Shown here one piece after another: positions 1 through 14,259 of a DNA stretch of 64,000 nt. A program made the position numbers and the translations under genes. The notes under the pieces were generated by a model that saw only the letters and a program-made list of their open reading frames with translations, did not search any database and was not told the DNA's origin. Source of the stretch: the human T2T-CHM13v2.0 reference genome, Homo sapiens. Position 1 is the stretch's first letter; every line of letters starts with the position of its first letter. Where the stretch lies: the NCBI RefSeq assembly GCF_009914755.1, contig NC_060926.1; one strand, 5' to 3'.

Positions 1-374
1 GTCTTCAGATGACATGTGCATCTCCCAGGGTGACGTGTGGTATGAATGGGGTTTTCTGACAAGGAACCATGAGATATGTCTTACATTGCTGATGAAGCCC
101 TAACCCTGGGCTTATAAACGGATTATTTCTTTCTCATTCTTCTTACCAAGTAGACATGTGGCTACTGCCCAGAAGGTTACCCATTTACCTTCTCCAGGTT
201 ACCATGGTCCATGCGTATTCACAGATGATCCAGAACTCTCCTCTTTGCTCATTTCTGGCAGAGTCCGTCTCAGCTGATGAGTTAAAATGTGACATTTCCT
301 CCCTCCCCCCGCCCCATGCATGATGATTTCTTCTTCAGTTATGCTCTTTCCCAAAGACATCAAAACAAGAGTGA

Positions 375-608
<234 letters not shown>

Positions 609-894
609 TAGCAGGGGCTGGCGCTGTGTAGCTGGAGACCACATGGTCCCACTAGGCCCGGGTTGCAGGGGACTCACATCTGTCCTGTTTGGCAGATAAG
701 AGTTAACTGCTTTTAGGAAATTGAGATATTTTGTTTGGATTTTACCTTAACAGAGTGCCTTCCACACAAGCCTCACCCCTGGCTGCAGGGTGCGTTTCTG
801 TGAGTCTTTCCTTGCCTTAGGCATCCGATGAGCAGCAGTCATACCTGAGGTGCAAAGGATTCAACCCCACACCCACAGCCTGTGCCAAATCTAG

Positions 895-980
895 GAAGCC
901 CAGGAATTCAAGACGAGCCTGGGCAACACAGGGAGAACCCGTCTCTACAGAAAATTAAAAATTAACTAGGCGTGGCAGCT
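895..980 (+). mobile_element. Alu fragment (old, J-like)
   Basis: aggaattcaagacgagcctgggcaac...ccgtctctacagaaaatt. Confidence 0.7.
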
Positions 981-2699
981 GGCTTACTTTTTGCTTAATC
1001 AGTGATCACTTGTTGATTTTTTTTTTTTTTCATAAAAATAGAATATAATTGGTTCATTCCTGCCTAGAGATTCTTGGGTATTGTTTTTTTAAATTCACAA
1101 TCATATGTTCTGGGTTTTGCCATCAAATGATGTCTTGTTTTTTTTTGGTCTTAAATCCATTACCCACTAAAGCCTCTGATTGAACTGATAGAAGTTGTAA
1201 TTACTGCTTTGTGCCATCGAGTACCCCAGTTTTATTTCATGATTTCCGTTGTCTAATCCATACTATTACTTTCCCTTTGAAAAAGTCATTTTGTTGTTCA
1301 TAATCTTGAGAGTAGGGACTTATTTTCATGGTTGCAGTCCCAGCCCAGAGACAGTATTGGAGACATTCAGTAAATTTCTTCCCTTCAGATTTTTTTTGTT
1401 AAGTAGTGTTTTGAAGAGAAGGAAGTTCAGTTCAAACAAGGTAAGAGGTGCTGGTACCAGGCTGGGTGCTGCCCAGGAGTCAAACGTGCATGGCGTGGTG
1501 GGTCCTGCCATCCTGAAGCCTGAAATGCACTGGACAAGGCACCAACCTGCTGACCATGGAGCTAAGCGCTGGGGAGAGCCATCGGGGGCATGCGGCGGTC
1601 TTGCCACCCATGCAGGAGCTGTCGTGTCAGCAGGGCTCTGGAGATGGGCAGGGTTTGTACAGGGAAGGGGCCGAAGGAATCACTGTGAGCAAAGGGAGTG
1701 GCTTGAGGAGAGCTTCTCTGGGTGGTTGTAGGATTAGAGATGCTTTTTGGGCTGGAAAACCAGTAGAAGCTAGTTGGAGTGTGAGTGCCAAGTGAAACTT
1801 TTTCCAGCTTTGTTCTTCATTTGTAAGCAGAGAGACATCATTGGAGTTTTAGAGCAGGAAGGAGATGGACCCTGAGCTCCACTTGGGGAGATGGATCTGG
1901 CCAGACCATTTTGAACATACTGGAATAGAGGCAAAGCAGGGAGGAGGCCAGCCAGGGTCGGCTTGGCCGGGAAGGGAGACAGGAGCCCAGGACTGCTCCA
2001 GACAAAAGGGAAAGGAAGCGCCCCCTCCAAGAGTCCACTCAGCAGCATAGCAGGCAGGGGAGAGATCAAAAGTCTGTCTGCGGCCTCTCTGGAAGCCTGT
2101 CCTGCGGGTGAGGGAAGGGGTTCTTCTCCAGGTATCTTGAGGTTCTTCTTTAAAGTACCTCCTTATGTTTGAATGTTTAAGTTTTACTTTCAAATGTGTG
2201 GTGAAATGAAGTTCGAAGAGAGAAGCAGTTATTTGAAGTGTGTTTCTATCAAAAAGTTTTAAAAGTAAGAGCTTTTTTAAAAGCACGAATCTGAGAAATA
2301 TTAGAACATCCATTAAGGAAAATGCCTGCAGTTGTTTCCACCGTGCGTCTGAAGGTCGCTTTAAAAGGAAAGCCATCCGTGGCTTGCGGGGACCATGATA
2401 CCTGGCAAATCGGAGGTCGCAGGTCCTGTCTGAGATGAGCTTGTGCATGTGAGTGCGGATGGGGGGTGGGAAAGGGAGGCCAGTGCAGGGGAGGTGTGGG
2501 CCAGTTTGTTCTGAGCAAGACCACCTGAGCAGATGGACAGGGACAAAGGGAAAAGGCAGAGTTTGACAATTCAGGAGAAAGAGGCGATACCAAGCACGCA
2601 TTTGCTAAATGTGTGGTCTGTGTCAGCCCGGTGCCAAACCCTCCCATGCGCTGTCTTTTCATTCTGCAACCCTAGTAGTTGGTGCCCCTGTGGGCCCCA

Positions 2700-2800
2700 C
2701 TTAAAGGGGAGGAATTGAGGAGCCTGAAGGGTCAAGTCATTTGTCTGAGGTCACAGAAATAGCAAGTCCCAAAGCAGGATTCAAACCCATCTGTTGTCCA
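2700..2800 (-). mobile_element. MIR SINE fragment
   Basis: gaggaattgagg...aagtcatttgtctgaggtcacag...ggattcaaaccc resembles the antisense MIR core. Confidence 0.65.
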
Positions 2801-2849
2801 GCCTGCTGTATTTTCTCAAGAATGGAAAGGCTCAGAAGATGTAGCACAT

Positions 2850-3140
2850 TGGCAAGGATTTGTTAAGTAAAAATACCCAATTTTGGTTAAAGTACCGGGA
2901 TAGGTACAGTGCCCACACTGATGATGAACTGTAAACACCTCCATGGGGCCTTTCGACAATGTATATAAAAAGCTTTTGAAGAGTGGATGCCCTTGACTCC
3001 AGCTGTATACTCCAGGAACTAAACCAATGGGATTGAGTAAGGCGGGTGCAGAGATCTGTCTTTCCAGATGTTCATCACAGTGCTTTATATGGCAAAAAAT
3101 CAGAAGCATCCCAAATGTCTAACAATTGAAGAGCAGTTCA
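2850..3140 (+). mobile_element. Ancient L1M 3' fragment
   Basis: gcccttgactccagc...gttcatcacagtgctttatatggcaaaaaatcagaagcatcccaaatgtc resembles the L1 ORF2 end/3'UTR. Confidence 0.55.
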
Positions 3141-3194
3141 TGGTGATGTCTTGTCTTTGCTACCTTTAAAAATCATGGAAAAAGACTTAATTGA

Positions 3195-3467
3195 GCCTGG
3201 GCACGGTGGCTCACGCCTGTAATCCCAGCACTTTGGGAGGCCAAGGTGGGCGGATCACCTGAGGTCAGGAGTTCGAGACCAGCCTGGCCAGCGTGGTGAA
3301 ACCCCATCTCTACTAAAAATACAAAAATTAGCCGGGCATGGTGGCATATGGGAGGCTGAGGCAGGACTTGAACTCGAGAGGCGGAGTTTGCAGTGAGCCA
3401 AGATCACGTCATTGCACTCCATCCTGGGCGACAGAGTGAGATTTCGTCTCAAGGGAAAAAAAAAAAG
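3195..3467 (+). mobile_element. AluS with internal right-arm deletions
   Basis: Typical left arm and A-tail; lacks the cctgtaatcccagctact block. Confidence 0.92.
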
Positions 3468-4617
3468 TGGGGGGGGTGCTTAATTGAGATAAAGAAACTT
3501 CATAATGTGTTGTAAAATGAAAAAGGGGTATGACAATGAGTCTAGATGAACCTAACGAGTATTTACAGGTATTTAGAGGGGAAAGATCTGTAAGGCTGCA
3601 CTCTGGAAGGTTAGCACCAGTTGTGTCTGAGTGGTAGGGTCTTTTGAGGCTTGGGGATTTTCATGCAGCGTGGAATTTGGAATTGTGGTAACAGCTCCCT
3701 GACCCCCAGTTCTTGCAGAGAATGCTCTAGACCGCCAGGAGCCCCCTCTGTCTGCTCACTGGGCACATCCCAGAGCACTGTTTCCAGAGTGGACGCTGAG
3801 CCTCTGGAGCTTTGGGGGTGCCTGTCTATAAAGGGATTCTGAGAGCCAGTGAATTTGGGAAACTCTTAACAACGTCCGACTCCCAGGAAGTTGCAGCCTT
3901 CGGACACCTGTGCTTCCGGGGAGTACTGCTCTGAAGCTACCTGTTCAGCATGGCCCAACCCAGCATGTCCCAGGCCCATCGGACAGTGGGGCCTTTGTTT
4001 AGGGTGCCTGTTGCCTGCCTTCTGCCAGGAACATGCCAAGGAAAGTCCACACCTGAGGGCCCCTGAGAATCCTAGGGCTTGGGACCCTCAGTGGCTCTCA
4101 CCAGCAGGTCTGACCTTCATGGACAGGCCCTGAGAGGCAGCTCACCGTTTCTGCTGCTTTCTCTCTGCCCATCCATGTCGCCCATGAAGCCCTGGTTGGA
4201 GCTGACCGTGCGCTGGTCCCTCCCACCCTGCTGCGTGGACCTCACAGGTGCCCCTCTCTCCTGGGCCTTTCTCATGTCTAGAATCCTGCCTTATTTCCCT
4301 TTGTGAACCCCAGGCCTGCACACAAGAGGGGACTGGCACCCACCACTACCACCAGATAGCTCACCACAACCTACAGTAGGAGCACATCCAGGCTCTCATC
4401 TTTAGCTTGGCCCACAAATAGAACCTCCGGTCCCGCAACGTCGGGTCTCCTTCCCATTGTCGCCTCTTAGTCCTTCCCTGACCTCCAGGTTTGAAATCAC
4501 ACACACACACACACACATCCCTACTCCCTGCTGTTCTGCCCTGGGGGCTTCCTGGCTCTGGTGTATCCTAGAATTTTCTTAGCTCTTTTCTGGTTTGGGC
4601 GGGGGCAGGGGCGGGTT

Positions 4618-4980
<363 letters not shown>

Positions 4981-4999
4981 TAGAATCTACGTCCTGCAT

Positions 5000-5240
5000 T
5001 TCTGTGGGCAGGGATTTTTCTCCGTTTTGTTCACTGCTGTATCCCCAGAAGCCAGTGTGTTAATATTGGTTGAATACGTGAAGGAACAGATGTAATTACA
5101 GCCAACACCTAACACTGTACTTCCCGTGGGGCAGTCACTGCTCTAAGTGCCTCGTAGCTTTTAATCCTTCTGACAGCCCCTTGAGGATGGGAATTATTAG
5201 CCTCATTTCTCTGGAGGGGAGCTGAGGCCCGGAGAGCAAG
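5000..5240. mobile_element. L2 3' end (+) followed by MIR (-)
   Basis: gggcaggga...ttgttcactgctgtatcccca...ttgaata; then cactgctctaagtg...attattagcctcattt...gctgaggc. Confidence 0.6.
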
Positions 5241-5989
5241 AGGCTTGCAGAGGACAAAGGTGGAAAGGCAGTGCTAGCAGGTGGCACGCACACAGGTGTG
5301 AGGGCCTGGAGAGCAGGCAGGGCCGCCCTGGGGCTGTGGGACCAGCGGGGCCTGAAGCCAGGTGGAGGGGCAGGAGACAGTGCAGAGGTCTGAGTCCGTG
5401 CCAGGAGGCTGGGATCAGCCACAGGCCGAGGTTCTCCACCCAGGCCGAGACACAGCGAAGTGTCCCAGTTGGGCCTTAAGGCATCTTTCAAGGAAATTGC
5501 AGTGGTGATGCTTAGATACCAACCCTTGCCGATGAGTCATTCTCTGCTGGAGCGGAGGCAAGGTTCTCCCCTCAGTCAGCCCCAGCCTTACCTGTCTCTA
5601 AGCAGAGGGTGGTGAGCATGGGGCCCTGGAACACTGTGCCCCCGCCCCCTGCAACATTTTGGGTTTCAGAGAATTCGGAGTCCGGCACAGGAATGTGTCC
5701 CACGCATGAATGTCGTCCTTCAGATCTGGACCTGACAGCCTGGGAGCTGCTGGGGGGAGGTAGGAGGGGGTGCACCACGGTCTGAACGAGGGGCCAGCAT
5801 GAGTGGCTTCTGTATCTGCAACCCACAGCGGCATGGAGGGCGGTGGGGTGGGCATAGGAACCAAATCGGAGGTTCTGGTAAGAGCTTAGGCAAGTGGCTA
5901 TGGGGATCCAGATGTGAGTGGAGACAGTGTGTCAGAGCACTCCCCACAGCACTCGGTGATGGGCTGGATGCTGGGACATAAGGGAGCAG

Positions 5990-7677
<1,688 letters not shown>

Positions 7678-8763
7678 TAGTAGATGTTAAATAAAGGACT
7701 GGCTTTCTGATTTCTGATCAACTGGCGTAAGGCTATTGCTGGTTACTTGCCATTTATAAAACAAAGGATGTCTCCCCAGTGAGTCAAATGTGACCTAAGC
7801 TACTTGGTCTTTTGTTGACTCTTCAGGTGTGTCCAGAGTAAGCATTGCCTATTCCCAGGTGAGTAAGCCGTATTTACTTAACAGTGGTGAAAGCCAGTGA
7901 CTATCAAGGTCAACCCTATCTCTGCACATCAGCTGTAGATTCTAGCGTGAAGTCAACCCGGGCCTGAGTTCTTGGTCTTCTGATGATGCCAGCCAGTTTC
8001 ACGCAGTGAGTGCTCCAGTTCTGGGGTCCCAGTGCTGCTGTCTGAATCCATTTCTTGTCCTGCACAATCCTTGCACTAGTCCTTGGTCTAGTTTCACAGC
8101 CCAAAGCCTGTCACCATTCATTCTGCAAGTCAGCGTTGGTTGCGCTGCGTGATAACCTCACCAAAGGGCCCTGCCCACCAACTTGCCTGCAGTGCAGTTG
8201 CTTCAGTAGCTATAGTTAAATAAGATCACTGAAAACGATATTTCTTCACTGTAGTGTACCTCTCTCTCATCTTTGAAATTTGCAAGCATGCCCGTTGTGT
8301 ACCTACTGGAAACTTTGATGTGCCAGTGGCTGCAGAGGTAGCAATGAAGGAATGACCAGAGTCACGGTGTCACCCAGCTGCCCCTCAGCACCACTTCTCC
8401 TTCCCTCTCAGCAGCAGCTGTCCACAGTGGATGCCGAGTCACACGTGCTTTTTCCCACACAGGTCAGCCCTCTCAAGGTGAATGCTGCTGTGACATATGG
8501 GAAAGTGCATCTTTTCTATCCAAACCAACGCTGTCAATTATTTATTGTGCGGGAAATTCCAAGGCTTTGGCTTCAGCCAAATGTGTTCTGAAGCTACTAC
8601 CAACGGCCAGTCATTTGGGACACCTGAAACAGGACTGAGCACTGGCTAGGGAGCATTTTTTCTCGCCATGGATGTGGTTCTGTCGTTGTGAAGTTTGACT
8701 GATTCGTCGCCTTGTGTTTCTAAGAACGGTTGGAATGATGCATGATGGTCTGATTGCGTTTAG

Positions 8764-9009
<246 letters not shown>

Positions 9010-12000
9010 TAGGAACTTTGGAAGATGCCTGGCTCCCGACACGTTTGCCAACAGTTAGGCAACTGGAAGTGATCATAATGACAGCCACGGTTGGGAAGGC
9101 CCTGATAACCTGTAGGAATTCGGGAATTCCGATTCATCCGGCATAGGAATGTCTGTGTTTAAAGTTGGTCTTGAGCAGATGTGGATAATTCACACTCCTT
9201 AATTTTTTATGTTTGTTTTTAGGCCTGGGGATTTCTCTCCCCCCTCTTAGAAATGTATTAAGCTTCTAACCTTATGAATATATTACTTTAATTAATACAT
9301 TTCTAATAGGCATAAGCTGTGCCGTTAACACTAATTATGAATTTTTGATCCTTTAATTTTGTTATTCTTATAGCTTGGATAAGCATCTGCTCTGTCGATC
9401 CCCCCCCCGCACCATCACACAAAAGTTATTTTTATGGTAACAAAATCTATTTTATTTTCTAAAATATATCTCAACACATTTAGTCAACCAAGTTCAGCAT
9501 AATGTATGATGTAACTCCTCATTAATGTTAATTGTTATCCAGTGTAAAAAACGCATTTATTTTGAGGCCATTTAGTTTCTCATTTTTCATTTACAGCTAT
9601 TATAAACCGTTTTTGAGTACACGTGCATATTTAATGTTCCTAAGGGGTGATAAAATGGAGTGTCTTCTGAGAAGGCGTATGGCATGGAGGCAGAATAGAG
9701 CATTTCATCTCCGTACTTGTCTAAAGCAAGTGGCTTCCAGGGTTGCTCATTTTCACCCACAATAGGAAGTAGGAGGTTGAGGTTTGCTGTCCGTGTTTGC
9801 CTCTCAGGTGTCTGAAGAGATGAAGGGAGAGGAGAGGTCTCCCATCACTGGTACTTTTTAGGTTCCTCTGATTTGTTTTGCTGCTGATCAGATAAAATGA
9901 AAGTTCAAGTGGTAATCTGTGGTTACGCCACAGAAACCGGTTTCTACTGCAGAGCAGTAAGAACGTGAGAAGCGTTCGTGGACTTCAGTTCATTAACACT
10001 GAAAAATGAATTTGTGGTGCCACCTTTGGCTCACTGGAGAGAATGAAGCTGGTGTGTTACTCATCTGGCTCTCCGTATGAGGGATTCTTTGGTAGTGGGG
10101 AGGACAGGAAAGGTGCAAAGAACATATTTGTTTAAAATTGCATGGTTTTGATACGCGACCTCTTTATGAGTTATGCTCTATAGTGTAGACAGGGGTAAGT
10201 TTCTTACAAACCGAAGAAATTATGCACTTTAAAAAGTATTTATCTTGATTTGTTTAATGCTACCATAGAAATCAGCTGGGTCATCAACTGTGAACAAGCT
10301 TAAAAGATGAATTCATGTTTTAATATCTATTTTTTCACAGATAATGATAACATTGGAGGAAACTTGGGTCTGAAAATGAAAAATGATTGGAAATTAGATT
10401 GAGCTTAATATATGAATGCAGAAAACATTGAAATAAGCTGGAAAAATCTATGCATCTTACTGTTTATATGTAAAAGAAGCACATTCACTATTTTTAATAT
10501 CATGAATTATTAGAAAAGTTTGTTTATCCATCCATTAAAATTTAGAAACCATTTGGAATTATTCGAAGCAAAGATACGGGTTCATGTTTTACCTGATAAA
10601 TGTTTTATAATTTCATCTTCATTCATAAATGAAGATTGTGTGTGCACAGGTATTTTGTAGTTCTAATTTGCATCCTTGAATTAAGTTCTTGAGTGCAGAG
10701 CCCTGTCTTTTTTCCAGTGTTACATACATCACATCATTATATTTTAGAGACCTATTGCAGAGACTTGCTTACTCCCAAGTGCAGTGGTTGCAGTTAAGTC
10801 CCATCTTTTCTTTAGTCACACTGGCTTTCCTAAAGAGCAGGCCGAGTTGTAATTCCTCTCCAAGACTGTGGTGTTGGTGATGTGGTTCTGTGCTGTTGCT
10901 GAAGGTAACTGTGGAATTTCTAAGTTCCCTTTGCACCTAAGAAGATAAACACATACGAGAACTGAATATTTCTTTGTGCCTGTAGTAATTTTCCTGGGGA
11001 GTTTTGTTTTCAGTGAAAATCAGCAAATAATCATTGCACACTTTCTCGTAGAAAAGCAACGGTGAGTGATGATTGCAGTTCCCTGGTGATTGGTGAAGGC
11101 TCTCAGGGCTGCCTGAGGATGCCAGGGCTCGGGAGGGTGCATTCTGGGAGGTGTCACTGGAGAAATGGCATCTGAGCTGGACTCTGAAATAGGGGGTGAT
11201 TCCCAGGGCCAGGGCCAGGGGACCAGGTGGGAAGGCGGGCTGGAGGGTGGGAGTGGCCTCGGTGGATGCAGGCTCGGCCCGGCCTGTGGGGAGGTGTGCC
11301 TGTCGGCGAGTACAGCACCGTGGACGGGAGCCTCCCATGAATGAGGAGGAGCAGGAATGGGGGAGGCCCAAAGAGCAGAAGCAGGAAGGGCCTCTGAGCC
11401 AGGGCTGGCACCTTAAAAGCGACCCTGGGGGCAGGGGAGAGGGGAAGGGTTTGTCTATTCATGGGTTCTGTCTGTCCCACCTGTTCCCAAGAGGACTAAA
11501 GGCAGCCAGCAAGGTCTGTGTCCCTTCCCGCTGGAAGGCCAGGGTCCTGGTGGAGCATGCGGGAAGCCTTAACTACACTGTCCAAAGCAAAACACACCCA
11601 GCCCGATAACAGAGTAGAAATTCAGACTCCCACCACCTTCACCACCTCCTGCACGTCCCCTCAATAGAAAATGGAAAAGTGAAAGTCGGGGCTGGAATCT
11701 CCGCAAGCCGGTCTGTCCATGACGTGAGAAGATTCTGCCTTTCGAAGCCACCCCCGCTCCCTCTGCCCCACTCCGCCCCTCCTGGTCTCTCTGCAGAACC
11801 TACGATTGTTAGTAGAAACAGCTGGAAGGTTCTTTTAATGTGGCCCTGAGGTAATACCAAAAAGAAATATTTTAATAAATTTTTCTCTCTATCAAAGGAA
11901 AAGCCAAGTGCAATATATTTGGTGTAATTCTTTGAAAAAGGGCCCAGCTGTTTTCCCAAGGAGCTCTGGTCCATTCCATCTTGTGCAGAAGATTCATTCT

Positions 12001-12199
12001 GACAGTGGAATATAATTAGAAATGCGTCGTTCAGCCTGCCCCCACCCCCAAACACACAAACACACACAGATTCAAGACCATGGGGAAGTAGAACACAGCA
12101 GATCTTCCTCCAAAGAGACCGCCGCACACTGGAGTCACCTATTCGTGCGGCCAGTTAGGACAGCAGGCGCCCTGGACAGCCGGCCTCTGCTGTGTCCCT

Positions 12200-12660
12200 G
12201 CACCCCTGATTAGGGCAGCTTCGGACGGCTTATAATTGGTTCCAGTTAATCTCTGCCGCCCTGAGAACTGCCGTTCAAACTTGAGCAGCATCATGATCAA
12301 TGGAAGCTGACGGCGGCTGAAGCAGTATTGACTTCCCATTCCTAAACAGGGGAATCATTAGTCAAGAAAAGCATCTTTTAATTACTCCCAGGAAGAAAAA
12401 AAAAATCTTTTTGGATGGATTCTGCAACAACTGCCATTTTTTCCCAGTGCATTCGATATTAAATTTATTGTCGCAGGAGGGGAGAGGATGCCCTTTGTCC
12501 CCCTCTGTAATGGGGGTTTAATTTGGAAAAAGAAGCACGTTAGAAAACAGAGCAATGCTACAACAATTAACTACATCTGGGGTAGCATCAGAATTCCCCT
12601 CTCTAATTGCTATTGATACCATTTAAGCACACACTTAAAATATCGATTTTAAGTGGGGAT
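12200..12660. promoter_or_regulatory. Candidate non-coding enhancer (homeodomain-motif cluster)
   Basis: Repeat-free; ctgattag, ttataattgg, gttaatct, aatcattag, ttttaattac, acaattaac, ctaattgc. Confidence 0.4.
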
Positions 12661-14259
12661 GTTGAAGTGGTGGTGAAGTAGTAACAGTGGACAGAACTAA
12701 CTAGGTTTTAGGGGTTTAAGAAGGGAGCCGTCAGCTGTGTGTAGGACAGGACTTCGTAACACCCGGCTTGTGCGTGTGTGCAGTACCATAACGTAGCGTG
12801 TTGTAGGGCGTCGAGCAGCTGGGCCGGGGGCCGCCAGCCAGGCGGGGCTCTGGGTTCCAGTGTTAGAGGTACATGGTGTTACTGTAAGGAGAAGTTGCCA
12901 AGCTCCTTGGTGACCCTTTCAAAGGCAAGAGTAATAAGCTCAGAGGTGAAGATGTTAAAACAGTCGTGCGAACGTCTCCTGCATGAATGAATGATTGAAC
13001 GAGTAAATGAGTGAAAGCGGGAACTCGTCATCATGGAACACATGTCAGGTGCTCTTGCTACTTCGGGGCCTTGGAATTCCTCATGTGAGTGAAACCGGGG
13101 CTTTGACGTTTGCAGCACCAGCAAAGCCGTCTCAGTAAACCCGTCCACGCACATCCTCTCTCCCTCGCGGTACAGCAGTGTTTCCGGGGCTGCACGGCAG
13201 CGCCCTGGCCCGTTGTTCTTTATTGTTGTCCCCATTGCACTTAAAAACATTTGGGATTGGCTGCAGTGCAAGTGATTTCCTAGCAGGACGGAGCAGAGCC
13301 CTCTGGCGCCACATTCCTCTTGGCAGAAGCCTCGCTCTGCGTGGCACTGCATCTCCCCATCTTTGTGTCCTGGTGTCAAAGCATTTGGCCCCCAAGGCCC
13401 TGCAGGGACTCGCTGCTATTTGCATTTCAGTGCAGGTAGCCTGTTTACTTGGCGGCTTAGGAGCCTGCTGATTTGGGCCAGGAAATCAAAGGAACCTGGA
13501 AGTGGAGAATAGTGTTTTCAATTCCGTGAAAGAGCTCTTGAGAGGCGCTTTAAGCGCAACTGAAATCACCCATTACCTCTTTGATGCCACTTGGAAGGGA
13601 ACCGAGTTTGCTGATTTAGTACGTATTCTTTTCCCTTTTTTAGCATCCTTTTTCTTTTTCTTCCCCCCATTATTTGTAAGTTCACCTCTGTGCCTAAACT
13701 CCCTTCTTGTCTTTAACCTATAAAAAGATGTCGCCTTCGATAGGAAGATTTGGGGCCAGACATCAGAAATCCACGTGGGAGAGACTGGCCGTACACTTCC
13801 AGATGGAACAAGTCTGCCCAGTGATGTGAGTTCCATCTCTTTTTGATTCTGGAACTCCACTTTCATCTTATTTATGCACATGGAGATATTGATAAAGGGG
13901 AAATGTATCCAAACTGAAAATAATTGGATCCCTACAGCTAACTCTGAGATATTAAAAGCAGTACCACTTGGCTGTGTCTTTGTCTTGTTAGGTTTGATCA
14001 TAAGATCACAATGTAGTAATCTCGGGCTCAAATTTCTGGCATAAAGATGCACTGTTCCAAATGTGGCCTCAGGGAACACGACTGCCCACACAGCCCCAGG
14101 ATTGTCTCATCTTATTATTTTTCAACAGTTCTTGGCCTGCTGAGGTCAATGTTTTGTCTCTTTTGAGTGTTCCTCTATGCTTGACACCTTTTCCTATTTT
14201 CTTTCTTAAAAAAAAAAAAAAAAAGGGAGGGGGAGAAAGGAGAAAAAAAATAAAAAAAG

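Noticed and set aside
1849-2601. 250-aa minus-strand ORF and overlapping ORFs
   Set aside because: No motif, no splice support, overlaps probable L2 remnants; chance ORF.
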